In this document: positions 1 to 8,280 of the stretch, in pieces
How positions within the stretch are numbered: position 1 is the first letter of the stretch
Layout of the letters: the number at the start of each line of letters is the position of its first letter
DNA from: a phage
Strand: one strand, 5' to 3'
Length of the DNA stretch: 64,000 nucleotides
Sequence record: PQ826431.1
Program-made: the position numbers and the translations under genes
Notes under the pieces: model-generated
What the model saw: the letters and a program-made list of their open reading frames with translations, nothing else
Database searches by the model: none
Told to the model about the DNA's origin: nothing

Positions 1-30
1 AATAGTTCCCGCTAAAAAGAGAGAAAGACC

Positions 31-384
31 ATGAAAGCACAAAATGCAATTAAAGAGTACATCCTTGCCGCTATCGATTTTAATGATTATGGTATTACAA
101 CCGAAAAAGAGAAGATCGCGGAATTGATGCGCCGTTTTAATTCCGAATACTGGTACCCTGATAATCAAAAACGGTACGATCATAGTATTATTAAAGCAAT
201 AGCATCATGGTTACAAGGTTTGCCATCAAATATTAATATCGCTTTCGAGTATTGGGAAGTAGATCGGTTGTTAACATCCTGGGGATACATTAAAGAGAAT
301 AGCAGCGATGATAAAATCCAACGAGAAAGGGAAAATTATTGGCTTTATATTGCAGGCGTGATCCTTGCTTGCTCTTATGAATGA
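31..384 (+). CDS. hypothetical protein (117 aa)
   Basis: ORF track; preceded by conserved hairpin fragment (1-13) and purine-rich RBS; no domain recognised. Confidence 0.55.
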   Translation: MKAQNAIKEYILAAIDFNDYGITTEKEKIAELMRRFNSEYWYPDNQKRYDHSIIKAIASWLQGLPSNINIAFEYWEVDRLLTSWGYIKENSSDDKIQRERENYWLYIAGVILACSYE

Positions 385-390
385 TAAACC

Positions 391-444
391 TTGACAATTT
401 TACAAAACAGTTTAAATTAACAATATAGCGGCAATGGTGCCGCT
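391..444 (+). promoter_or_regulatory. promoter (-35 TTGACA) plus conserved 5' stem-loop AGCGGCA-ATGG-TGCCGCT
   Basis: TTGACA at 391-396; hairpin ~427-444 immediately upstream of RBS of 464 ORF. Confidence 0.45.
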
Positions 445-463
445 CATATGAAGAGGAAACAAA

Positions 464-610
464 ATGAATACATCTAATCGCGCAGAAAAAATTCAATCTT
501 CCAAGATCCGCAAGGCCTGGAACGAGGAAGTGATCCGCAAAGGTGACAAGCGTAATAAAACAAAGCGCGGGAAGAGTGACAAATATAATTGGATGGATTT
601 AGAGGATTAA
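464..610 (+). CDS. small highly basic protein (48 aa)
   Basis: ATG with RBS GAAGAGGAAA; not in ORF track (<60 aa); followed by terminator. Confidence 0.4.
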   Translation: MNTSNRAEKIQSSKIRKAWNEEVIRKGDKRNKTKRGKSDKYNWMDLED

Positions 611-618
611 CATAACAA

Positions 619-644
619 GGGCGCATCAAGCGCCCTTTCTTTTT
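619..644 (+). terminator. intrinsic terminator GGGCGCA-tcaa-GCGCCC + T-run (copy 1 of 3)
   Basis: GC hairpin followed by TTTCTTTTT. Confidence 0.7.
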
Positions 645-665
645 ACATGTAGAGGATAAACAAAA

Positions 666-851
666 ATGACTTTAAACGAGCTTAAAACAGCCTACAACGC
701 AACATTAAAAATAGCCGTGCGTTACCGTGACGAGTACGGTTTTATCGCGCAGGGCGTGATCCTGGGCTTTTCTGACGATGGTTTGATCTATGTTGATGCA
801 CATCATAACAAGGTAAAACCTGAAAACGTCATTAGCATAAAATATCTTTAA
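666..851 (+). CDS. hypothetical protein (61 aa)
   Basis: ORF track; RBS GAGGATAAAC upstream. Confidence 0.5.
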   Translation: MTLNELKTAYNATLKIAVRYRDEYGFIAQGVILGFSDDGLIYVDAHHNKVKPENVISIKYL

Positions 852-857
852 AAGTGG

Positions 858-914
858 TTGACACCATAACCGGACCTGTTAAACTGTATTACATCAGGCG
901 GGGAATAGTTCCCC
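858..914 (+). promoter_or_regulatory. promoter (-35 TTGACA) plus 5' stem-loop GGGGAA-TAG-TTCCCC
   Basis: TTGACA 858-863, TGTATTAC box, hairpin ~900-914. Confidence 0.45.
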
Positions 915-936
915 ACCATACAAAAAGGTAAATATT

Positions 937-1143
937 ATGATCACCGCAAAACAAGAGAAAATCATTATCGACGTTGCAGCCGTTGCCGCTATTGCTATTA
1001 TTGGATCTTATTATGATACCCGTTTCCCGTCGGCTATGCATGAGGTCGCCGCCGTTGCATCAGTTGGCGTACTGTTTTACGTTGGTAAACGCTATTTATC
1101 ACCAATGATTAACAAGCTGACACCGTGGAAAAATAAAGGTTGA
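937..1143 (+). CDS. small membrane protein (68 aa)
   Basis: ORF track; hydrophobic stretch; RBS AAAAAGGTAAA. Confidence 0.5.
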   Translation: MITAKQEKIIIDVAAVAAIAIIGSYYDTRFPSAMHEVAAVASVGVLFYVGKRYLSPMINKLTPWKNKG

Positions 1144-1198
1144 CCCTGTTTTACATTGTGTTATAGTTATCGTGTAGGGCGGCAATGGTGCCGCGCCC
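1140..1198 (+). promoter_or_regulatory. promoter (TTGACC-16-TATAGT) plus 5' stem-loop GGGCGGCA-ATGG-TGCCGCGCCC
   Basis: -35/-10 spacing 16; hairpin 1177-1198. Confidence 0.5.
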
Positions 1199-1214
1199 CT
1201 TTGAGGATGCAATC

Positions 1215-1499
1215 ATGAGTAAAGCTAACACCGTGCTAATGTTTTCCCTGATTAATGATCTCGCTTACTTGTCCAACATGACGCAGGAGGGTAACACATT
1301 AACGGCAACATTCACCAATAAGCTTGACCGAGTGATCATCATCTCACTGAAAACAGTTAGTAAAGGCTTTTACTCGTTAGCTTATCATTGGATCACCGAT
1401 ACCGATGAGACAAGCCAGGACTATAGCGCCCCTTTCCCTGAATCAATGGCACGGGAGATCATCGCCGCCGTTGTAAATGATGGTTTGTTTACTGAATAA
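1215..1499 (+). CDS. hypothetical protein (94 aa)
   Basis: ORF track 1185-1499 trimmed to internal ATG with RBS GAGGATG; track start lies inside hairpin. Confidence 0.55.
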   Translation: MSKANTVLMFSLINDLAYLSNMTQEGNTLTATFTNKLDRVIIISLKTVSKGFYSLAYHWITDTDETSQDYSAPFPESMAREIIAAVVNDGLFTE

Positions 1500-1517
1500 A
1501 ATAATTTAGAAAAAGGC

Positions 1518-1574
1518 TTGCAATCATTTTGAGATAGTGTATATTTAATTCATAGGGCGGCGGGAATAGTTCCC
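1518..1574 (+). promoter_or_regulatory. promoter-like (-35 TTGCAA) plus 5' stem-loop GGGAA-TAG-TTCCC
   Basis: same module architecture as 858-914. Confidence 0.4.
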
Positions 1575-1597
1575 AAAGCAAACGAGAGGATTACACG

Positions 1598-1717
1598 ATG
1601 AGCAAGTACACAGTAGAATACACGGTAGAAAATCCGGCAGTATCCGAAGGTAAAAAGATGACATTTGCCATCAGTATAATCGCTTTCGTTGTCACTATCT
1701 TATCAATCATGTTATAA
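1598..1717 (+). CDS. small membrane peptide (39 aa)
   Basis: ATG after RBS GAGAGGATTAC; hydrophobic C-terminus; not in track. Confidence 0.35.
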   Translation: MSKYTVEYTVENPAVSEGKKMTFAISIIAFVVTILSIML

Positions 1718-1727
1718 GGTGCACACC

Positions 1728-1889
1728 ATGAAAACAACAGACATTATCAAAGAGATCGCCCTTGCCGCTGGCGTTGAAGTCGAGGAAGTGATCGCGCTCA
1801 ATCTTACAGAAAACGATCTGCGCAACTATGAAGCGGAAAGCGTGAAAGCAAGCGGCGCGGTCCTGGTATATGATCCGGCTAACAAGTAA
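1728..1889 (+). CDS. hypothetical protein (53 aa)
   Basis: track ORF 1689-1889 trimmed to ATG with RBS AAGGTG. Confidence 0.45.
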   Translation: MKTTDIIKEIALAAGVEVEEVIALNLTENDLRNYEAESVKASGAVLVYDPANK

Positions 1890-1898
1890 GGGGATAAC

Positions 1899-2009
1899 AT
1901 GAATCCGAAAGATATGCAAGCATGGAAAGGGTACGACGATCTAAGCGCCTTGCGCAATAAGTCAAGCCGTAACCTTAGACGGTTGGAAGCAAAGAAAAAG
2001 AAAAAATAG
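1899..2009 (+). CDS. small basic protein (36 aa)
   Basis: ATG with RBS AAGGGGATAAC; not in track. Confidence 0.3.
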   Translation: MNPKDMQAWKGYDDLSALRNKSSRNLRRLEAKKKKK

Positions 2010-2010
2010 T

Positions 2011-2066
2011 TTGACAAGTCCGCCTAGTCTGATAATATGTATCTTGTAGGGCGGCAATGGTGCCGC
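2011..2066 (+). promoter_or_regulatory. promoter (TTGACA-16-TAATAT) plus 5' stem-loop GGCGGCA-ATGG-TGCCGC
   Basis: sequence motifs. Confidence 0.5.
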
Positions 2067-2087
2067 TCACAAGAAGAGAGAAAAATC

Positions 2088-2372
2088 ATGAAAATCACAA
2101 AAAGCCTAACTAATTATGCAGCACGTCGCGGATTATGTTTAACCGTTGAAAACTTAGGGAAAGAAGACTTTTTGTGTTTTTGGGAGCTTGAAAATGATTG
2201 CGAGTGGATGTTTTCTTATTCTATCTGCGAAGATCAAAACGGTTGTTTGTTAACCTGGCGCGGTAATATCTATTTACCGGAAGAAATTAAAGAAGAGTTA
2301 CCAGGTACGATCATGACAGAGAGACAGCTTAAGGAAATGATTAATTTTGTAGGGCAAAACATTAAAAAATAA
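2088..2372 (+). CDS. hypothetical protein (94 aa)
   Basis: track ORF trimmed to ATG after RBS AAGAAGAGAGAAAAA. Confidence 0.55.
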   Translation: MKITKSLTNYAARRGLCLTVENLGKEDFLCFWELENDCEWMFSYSICEDQNGCLLTWRGNIYLPEEIKEELPGTIMTERQLKEMINFVGQNIKK

Positions 2373-2373
2373 T

Positions 2374-2437
2374 TTGACAGCACGCAAACAACGTAGTAAA
2401 GTTTATTACATAGAGCGGCGGAATGGTCCAGCCGCTC
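2374..2437 (+). promoter_or_regulatory. promoter (-35 TTGACA) plus 5' stem-loop GAGCGGCGGA-ATGG-TCCAGCCGCTC
   Basis: sequence motifs. Confidence 0.45.
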
Positions 2438-2458
2438 ACAACAGAAGAGAAACAAATC

Positions 2459-2629
2459 ATGATCCCGACTATGTTTTATGTATCGCGCAAAGGTCACAAT
2501 ATTTTTTGGTCTGAAGATTTAAATGAAGCTATGACGTTTGCCCGTGATCGTGTTGCTATCGGTGGCGTTAATATCACCGTGACCGATGAAAACGGCATTG
2601 AATACTATAACGGCGATGATGAAGAGTAA
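2459..2629 (+). CDS. hypothetical protein (56 aa)
   Basis: track ORF trimmed to ATG after RBS AGAAGAGAAAC. Confidence 0.5.
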   Translation: MIPTMFYVSRKGHNIFWSEDLNEAMTFARDRVAIGGVNITVTDENGIEYYNGDDEE

Positions 2630-2673
2630 TCAACAAGGCGGGATTAATCCCGCCTATATTAAAGGGCAATATA

Positions 2674-2811
2674 ATGAAAACTTTCAACGCAACAGCCTCG
2701 ACAATTGGTTATATTATTACAGTACAAGCCGTTGACCTGGTAGCGGCAGCAAACAAGATTAAAAAAATGATCCCAACAGGCAGCGAATTTTCCGTTTGGG
2801 AAGTAAAATAA
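2674..2811 (+). CDS. hypothetical protein (45 aa)
   Basis: ATG downstream of hairpin GGCGGGA-TTA-TCCCGCC; not in track. Confidence 0.35.
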   Translation: MKTFNATASTIGYIITVQAVDLVAAANKIKKMIPTGSEFSVWEVK

Positions 2812-2814
2812 AGC

Positions 2815-2876
2815 TTGACAATAATTTGTTATCTAGTAAAGTGTATTACGTAGGGCGGGGCAATGGTGCAACGCCC
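2815..2876 (+). promoter_or_regulatory. promoter (-35 TTGACA, TGTATTAC box) plus 5' stem-loop with ATGG loop
   Basis: sequence motifs. Confidence 0.45.
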
Positions 2877-2894
2877 ATTAATGAGGGTAGAATC

Positions 2895-2999
2895 ATGTTA
2901 GAGAAAATTTTCACGGTTGCAGTGGTTGGCCTGGCGTTATCGGTTGGAGTAGTTGCAACTATGGCTAATATGATCCTATCTTCCCACGGTATCGGTTAA
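2895..2999 (+). CDS. small membrane peptide (34 aa)
   Basis: track ORF trimmed to ATG after RBS GAGGGTAGAATC; hydrophobic. Confidence 0.35.
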   Translation: MLEKIFTVAVVGLALSVGVVATMANMILSSHGIG

Positions 3000-3009
3000 G
3001 GTGAAACAA

Positions 3010-3225
3010 ATGATCACGAACAAAACAGGCAAAACGGAATTTTTACGCGGCTTACAAGTTGGTAAGCCTGAGATCTGGCATTGCACGAAGTCCGCGCATA
3101 ATGAAATGAAAGATTTTACCGCTACTTTACAACGTGTTAAAATATCTATCACACAGAAAAAAGCCTTGTTAGTAGTAGAAAACGAGATCCCGCAAACTAT
3201 TATTATTGTCGAGCGTACAGCATGA
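3010..3225 (+). CDS. hypothetical protein (71 aa)
   Basis: ORF track; ATG after RBS AAGGTGA. Confidence 0.5.
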   Translation: MITNKTGKTEFLRGLQVGKPEIWHCTKSAHNEMKDFTATLQRVKISITQKKALLVVENEIPQTIIIVERTA

Positions 3226-3608
3226 AAACAGAAATCATTATTGAAATCATCAACGGCTATAAAGAAGCCTTTATTTTTGCTGAATCAGCAAGGGATCATG
3301 AAGGTAATTTTATTGAATACTTAGACTATTATGATTTTTCTCCTGGTGCGGATGAACGGATCGCCCAGGATGTAACAGCCTTTATTAATGCTAATCTTGC
3401 CGCTATCTCTGAGGCAATGAGCGACGGCGCAACAGCCATCCAGATCGGGAGTGATTTACATTTTACCCGTAACGGTCACGGCATAGGCTTTTGGAATCGC
3501 CCTGAAATATACACCACTAACACGGCAAACCGCTTAACCAGTGCCGCCGAGGTCATGCCGGACGTGTCGGCTTACATTGGGGAAGATAATTTGATTTATA
3601 TAGAATAA
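3222..3608 (+). CDS. hypothetical protein (128 aa)
   Basis: ORF track; start overlaps upstream stop (coupling). Confidence 0.55.
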   Translation: MKTEIIIEIINGYKEAFIFAESARDHEGNFIEYLDYYDFSPGADERIAQDVTAFINANLAAISEAMSDGATAIQIGSDLHFTRNGHGIGFWNRPEIYTTNTANRLTSAAEVMPDVSAYIGEDNLIYIE

Positions 3609-3614
3609 AAAGTA

Positions 3615-3673
3615 TTGACACCGATCCCCAATATGTTACTATTTACCACGTGGGCGGGAAATGGTTTCCCGCC
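3615..3673 (+). promoter_or_regulatory. promoter (-35 TTGACA) plus 5' stem-loop GGCGGGAAA-TGG-TTTCCCGCC
   Basis: sequence motifs. Confidence 0.45.
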
Positions 3674-3696
3674 AGGTAATCAAAAAGGTAAATACT

Positions 3697-4086
3697 ATGC
3701 GCAACCTGGTTTCTGTTTCTAACGTTGAAAAATTCCAATCTTTACAGGGTATCATTAACAACGTAGCGCCTTTTTTAGTCAATGGCTTGATTGCAAAGAT
3801 GAAGAATAAGCATCATGCGGCATGGTCTGCTTACTGCTTTGATAATGATGAAAAAGCGGCTGAAATGATGTTAAATATGCTGTTAGACAGTGTAGAATCA
3901 TCTTTACCGGAAAACATCGCAGAAGAGATCACCTATCGTTATAATATGGCGATCACTTACCAGGAAGTGGCACAGTTCAACATGATGGATGATGACGAAC
4001 AACAGGATCAAGAAATGTTTTGGGAGTATGCAGATCGTCAATCGGCTTTTGATGAAAAGTTAGCGATGTATTATAACGAATATTAA
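3697..4086 (+). CDS. hypothetical protein (129 aa), acidic C-terminus
   Basis: track ORF trimmed to ATG after RBS AAAAAGGTAAATACT. Confidence 0.6.
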   Translation: MRNLVSVSNVEKFQSLQGIINNVAPFLVNGLIAKMKNKHHAAWSAYCFDNDEKAAEMMLNMLLDSVESSLPENIAEEITYRYNMAITYQEVAQFNMMDDDEQQDQEMFWEYADRQSAFDEKLAMYYNEY

Positions 4087-4102
4087 TACACGGTAGAAGA
4101 AA

Positions 4103-4126
4103 GGGGCGCACTAAGCGCCCTTTTTT
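4103..4126 (+). terminator. intrinsic terminator GGGGCGCA-ctaa-GCGCCC + T6 (copy 2 of 3)
   Basis: hairpin plus T-run. Confidence 0.75.
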
Positions 4127-4473
4127 GTATTCTTTTTTCACGATGGAAACAACACGTAAAGAATAGGCGTAAAGGTGGCGTAAAACCATCTAAAACCGAC
4201 TGTAACCGCTTAAACAAGGTAGGGATGATTAATCACCTTACCAGGATGAAAAAGCCGTTATAAAGCTATCTAGAGCGTTTAAAGCACATAGGAAATAATT
4301 TGCTTTTTATCTTGCCTTTTATTCTGCTTTTGATTATTATTATGGAACGGGCGGCACCTGGGGGACAGGGGAAGATAATCACCGGAAGATCCCGCTATAT
4401 ATCGATAGCTAATACCTATCAAACAACAAAACATCAAAGAGATAAACTATCAAATCTTTACAATCCTACATAT

Positions 4474-4502
4474 TGACCGATAAATCACAACAGTTTAATA
4501 TT
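4474..4502 (+). promoter_or_regulatory. promoter (TTGACC-17-TAATAT)
   Basis: consensus-like -35/-10 upstream of 4550 ORF. Confidence 0.45.
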
Positions 4503-4549
4503 GTTTTTAGAGGTTAGAATATTCCCCAAACGAAAACAGGAAAAAGAAA

Positions 4550-4786
4550 ATGAAAGAAGTCATGATCCTCAAAAAATCACCTATTTTACGTGGTGGCTTT
4601 ATCGCTTACTCTGATGATCTGTTAATTGCAACAGTTGCAAAAATACTAAAATCAGAAGATGACAGTAAAAACGGCGTTTATCGTATCTGTTTCACCCGTG
4701 GAAAATTACAAGGTAAGATCGCTTATGCTTTTGATTTACAAGATGTAAACGATAAAATATGCGCTGTTATTGATTATGCAAAATAG
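4550..4786 (+). CDS. hypothetical protein (78 aa)
   Basis: ORF track; RBS AACAGGAAAAAG. Confidence 0.55.
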   Translation: MKEVMILKKSPILRGGFIAYSDDLLIATVAKILKSEDDSKNGVYRICFTRGKLQGKIAYAFDLQDVNDKICAVIDYAK

Positions 4787-4798
4787 TTAATTTTCTTA

Positions 4799-4827
4799 TT
4801 GACACCGGATCACGCTTGCATTATTAT
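4799..4827 (+). promoter_or_regulatory. promoter (TTGACA-17-TATTAT)
   Basis: good consensus; followed by degenerate TAGGGC box. Confidence 0.5.
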
Positions 4828-4873
4828 TTATCACGTAGGGCAAATCATTTTAAACGGTAAACGAGGAATCACC

Positions 4874-5257
4874 ATGAGCAATATCATCAACCTGGCAGCG
4901 ACTGTAAACGGTAAAGACTTTAACGGCGCTGTAGACCGTGATCCTATGTGGTGCTTATCAGTGTTTAAAGGCGACCTGGTTGAAGTTAGAACAACCGAAG
5001 GATATAGCGATGATTATAAATGTGAGGTCCATTTGCATAACTGGTACACGGGTAAAACTTATGCGCTGAATCACGCGTTTATCGGAAAAATCGAATATCG
5101 TGAGATGATCGACGAAGAAACGGGGCAAGATTTTAGCGAAAACGTTTATATCCGTTCAGAAACATTGGCCGAACGTTTGATCGAGAAAATGAAAGCAAAA
5201 AATAAAATTAACTTATCTCATTGGATTGATATAACAAACGATCCAGCTTATCAATAA
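4874..5257 (+). CDS. hypothetical protein (127 aa)
   Basis: track ORF trimmed to ATG after RBS AAACGAGGAATCACC. Confidence 0.6.
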   Translation: MSNIINLAATVNGKDFNGAVDRDPMWCLSVFKGDLVEVRTTEGYSDDYKCEVHLHNWYTGKTYALNHAFIGKIEYREMIDEETGQDFSENVYIRSETLAERLIEKMKAKNKINLSHWIDITNDPAYQ

Positions 5258-5273
5258 ATAACATTTCATACCA

Positions 5274-5299
5274 GGGCGCACCAAGCGCCCTTTCTTTTT
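5274..5299 (+). terminator. intrinsic terminator GGGCGCA-ccaa-GCGCCC + T-run (copy 3 of 3)
   Basis: hairpin plus TTTCTTTTT. Confidence 0.75.
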
Positions 5300-6780
5300 G
5301 CCCGAACAATGTTGATAGCTTCCGCCTATGAAAAACCGACACAGAACAAAACTGAATAAATCACGGTATCGAGCTAATCAACCAGCAAACGAATAACCAT
5401 ACACCCCAGGGCAACAGGCTGTTAGAGAGCTATTTAGAGCGGTTAAAATCGATCAACAACCAACAACAAACCATCAAAAACACGCTTTTCTTTCCTTTCC
5501 AGTGCAATGATAACCATTATCATCTACCCATGATTATCTATGCAATATAAGCGCATAACTATAATGTTGATAATAGTTCGCAACAACTAACCAACCAACA
5601 ACCTAAAACAATAAGCAAACTAATCATAATCAAAGGAATAATAGAAAGATGATTGATAACGACAAACAATCAAACCATGATGAATACTAAGCAAGATAAC
5701 GATAACACGACAAAACAACCAACTAACGAACAATAACAAACGAAACCATTAAAATAATAACTATTGCCATAATAGTGACTGAATGAAATCATTCCCAGGA
5801 TCATCATTAGCACGCTATGCCGGACACATAGCGAGCTAATAATAAGCCAACTACACCCCAACAATCATAACCATCGGTGATGGTTATTTCTTGTTACTGC
5901 GTAGCTTGCAATAATTGCAAGCGTAATGACGCTTACACTTATTGCGCTGGCTTATTATTAGCATTATATGTAATTACCAAGATCATAACATTAGCGCAAT
6001 AACAATAATCATTGTAATAATTACAGTATGAGATCATTAGCATGGCAATAATTATTGGGGGCAATGGGAGGATGATTATCATCATTCCGATACATTGCAC
6101 ACTATGCACATAATAGAATAAAAGTCAATACTTTTGGGGGCGAAATGTTACCGCCACAGGCGGGAATGTTGAGCATCTTCTCTTAAACGTAAATAAAATC
6201 AGAAAATTCTTGATTTATTCTGGTTTTTATGTTAATAAACGTTTAAATAATAATCATTCTCATATAAATAATAGTCTGCTTGTCATGAGCGGGATTAGTT
6301 GACATTGTTCCGTCATATGATGAAGTTGCCAAACCATTGATAAATAAGTGTTTGTGTGATTTATAATCAAGTGGCCCACCTTGTCGCTACGTTGGCATAA
6401 GCCTTGCATAAGTCATTGAATACGAATGATAATTATTCTCATTCGCATGATATTTGGGAATTGTCGCTGCGTGGACCTGACGGCCCGAAAATTCGCGTTA
6501 AGCACTTCTTACGTATGCGCCATGATTTTTGCCATATCCTATTGATTCTATTAGATATTCTTGCCATGATTGCCATGAAACAGGGTGTCCCGAAATAATC
6601 TCTCCCCGTAGATATTTTGGGTTACTTTTTATACAAGAGTGGGGTGTCAAAAATAATCGGTATATATGGGATAATTGATAGGAATCCCCTATGATAATTC
6701 GATTGTAATTCCCTAAGATTGATCGTATGATGTTGGTGATTGATGATTGCCATGAAAGATGGCTAACGATGAGAGGAGAT
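5300..6780. other. long non-coding region: G-poor A/C-rich tract with CAA/AAC repeats (5300-5880) then AT-rich palindromes (5880-6400)
   Basis: no RBS-supported ORF; strong strand compositional skew; palindrome GCTTGCAATAATTGCAAGC near 5903. Confidence 0.6.
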
Positions 6781-6784
6781 TATC

Positions 6785-7129
6785 ATGCAAGAGAGTAAAA
6801 ATGTTCCGTTGAGTAGCTTACGTCTAATGAAGTTTTACAAAGCTTGGCTTGCTGGTGAGGTAGAAGGTCACACAACGAGTGGTTTGTGCATATGTTTGAT
6901 TAAGTATGTAGAGGGAACATACCCTGATGAACTGTTACCTCGTCTACAACAGGAGATGAAATCACAGTTTATTAGTGCAGGATTGGATTACAATTTCCCG
7001 TTTAATGAAGGTGGTTATGAGGAATACACCTTCGAACATAAAAAACATATTTGCCATAAAAACAAACATCGTATACAATGGGTGCTAGATAGAATTCAGG
7101 ATTACGAAGGAGAGAAAAATGACAAATAA
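6785..7129 (+). CDS. paralog family member 1 (GLCxCL / WVKDR motifs), 114 aa
   Basis: ORF track; RBS GAGAGGAGATTATC; shares FYKAW, TSGLC, GLDYNFPFN, QWV-DRI motifs with six other ORFs. Confidence 0.65.
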   Translation: MQESKNVPLSSLRLMKFYKAWLAGEVEGHTTSGLCICLIKYVEGTYPDELLPRLQQEMKSQFISAGLDYNFPFNEGGYEEYTFEHKKHICHKNKHRIQWVLDRIQDYEGEKNDK

Positions 7130-7487
7130 TATTCCGTTGAGTAGTGCAGCATTGCTTCGCTTCTATAAAGCATGGATTGCCAACTATCCTGCAATGAATC
7201 GCACAACGAGTGGCTTATGTGGTTGTCTGGTAGATTATGTAGATGATTTTGTTGGTGAGACAACTAGAGAAGAAGATAGAAGATGGCGGGATAGTTTGTT
7301 AGACCGTTTGAAATATGAAATGAGGAAACAATTTACATGTGCAGGGTTGGACTACAATCTTCCGTTCAATGCAGATTGCATGGATTACCTTTCAGAGTGT
7401 ATAAACTTGGCGTGTCATACCAACACGTTACGTCTTCAATGGGTGAAAGATCGCATTGAAGATGCAAATAATGCTTGCATTGAATAA
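7119..7487 (+). CDS. paralog family member 2, 122 aa
   Basis: ORF track; motifs FYKAW, TSGLCGCL, GLDYNLPFN, LQWVKDRI. Confidence 0.65.
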   Translation: MTNNIPLSSAALLRFYKAWIANYPAMNRTTSGLCGCLVDYVDDFVGETTREEDRRWRDSLLDRLKYEMRKQFTCAGLDYNLPFNADCMDYLSECINLACHTNTLRLQWVKDRIEDANNACIE

Positions 7488-7546
7488 AAATGTCTGTATG
7501 ATAGTTTGCATACCGCGCATAACAGATAGCCAATGAGGAGATTGAA

Positions 7547-7813
7547 ATGTCAAATATGAAAAATACCTTTTACTCTGAAATTTGTGATCGATACGAAGCC
7601 ATTCTTCTTCAAGTAGAAGATCCAGATCAAGGTAAAACAGGTGCAAATCATTTGTTGTGGATGCTCAGTGAACTGCAAGATGATAGCAACCAAATGTCAG
7701 AAACCAAACGTCACCGTTGGTTGGGCTACATTCAGGGCGTAATGGTTATGAAAAATCTCATTAACGTTGAAGATGAACGTAATGCCACCCGCCCTATTTT
7801 TAAAGGAGCGTAA
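7547..7813 (+). CDS. hypothetical protein (88 aa)
   Basis: ORF track; RBS GAGGAGATTGAA. Confidence 0.55.
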   Translation: MSNMKNTFYSEICDRYEAILLQVEDPDQGKTGANHLLWMLSELQDDSNQMSETKRHRWLGYIQGVMVMKNLINVEDERNATRPIFKGA

Positions 7814-7814
7814 C

Positions 7815-8015
7815 ATGAAAATTCGTATTGAGAATGATGGTGGTTATAAAGGATTGGCACATGCAGAATTTCCACTTGTGTTGGAAGCTACAGTGGAATA
7901 CAGTGGGCTTGCTCATGTGCGATTCTCGAAGATGATGGAAGTGCAGGAGTGGTTTTGGGACGAGATAGATGCACGAGAAGGGGGAAGATTATGTTTTCTT
8001 TCCTCACGAATATGA
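7815..8015 (+). CDS. hypothetical protein (66 aa)
   Basis: track ORF trimmed to ATG after RBS AAAGGAGCG. Confidence 0.5.
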   Translation: MKIRIENDGGYKGLAHAEFPLVLEATVEYSGLAHVRFSKMMEVQEWFWDEIDAREGGRLCFLSSRI

Positions 8016-8040
8016 AATTGTCTATTAAAGGTTGTGTGCA

Positions 8041-8280
8041 ATGATCACACCACAACAGAACGAAGCAGCAATGGATCTTCTTGATAGTTTGTATTTCGAT
8101 AATTGGTACTCCGAATGTGAATGGATGAATATGCAAACTCTGAAAGAGAAAACAGAAGCGTTGATTACAGTAGATCAATTTCTTGCAGAGACGGAAAGAA
8201 TGAACTATGATATGGCATCTCGCGCACGACGCGTTTCCATTTTCAATAAAATGTTAGCATTATGGGGAGGTAGAAAATGA
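8041..8280 (+). CDS. hypothetical protein (79 aa)
   Basis: ORF track (TTG 8032) trimmed to first ATG. Confidence 0.5.
   Translation: MITPQQNEAAMDLLDSLYFDNWYSECEWMNMQTLKEKTEALITVDQFLAETERMNYDMASRARRVSIFNKMLALWGGRK

Noticed and set aside
290-496. Minus-strand 68-aa ORF antisense to the 31-384 gene and the promoter module
   Set aside because: No RBS, low-complexity Cys/Phe-rich translation, overlaps better-supported plus-strand features; typical antisense artefact. The same applies to other track ORFs lying antisense inside well-supported genes (e.g. 1707-1919, 8891-9214, 17692-18036, 25278-25505, 45467-45997, 48619-48882).
5670-5864. 64-aa minus-strand ORF inside the G-poor non-coding tract
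   Set aside because: Translation is low-complexity (Cys/Val/Leu runs) produced by the C/A-rich repeat; no RBS.
6404-6598. 64-aa plus-strand ORF with TTG start in the AT-rich non-coding region
   Set aside because: No Shine-Dalgarno element, TTG start, His/Leu-rich low-complexity product; kept as non-coding.
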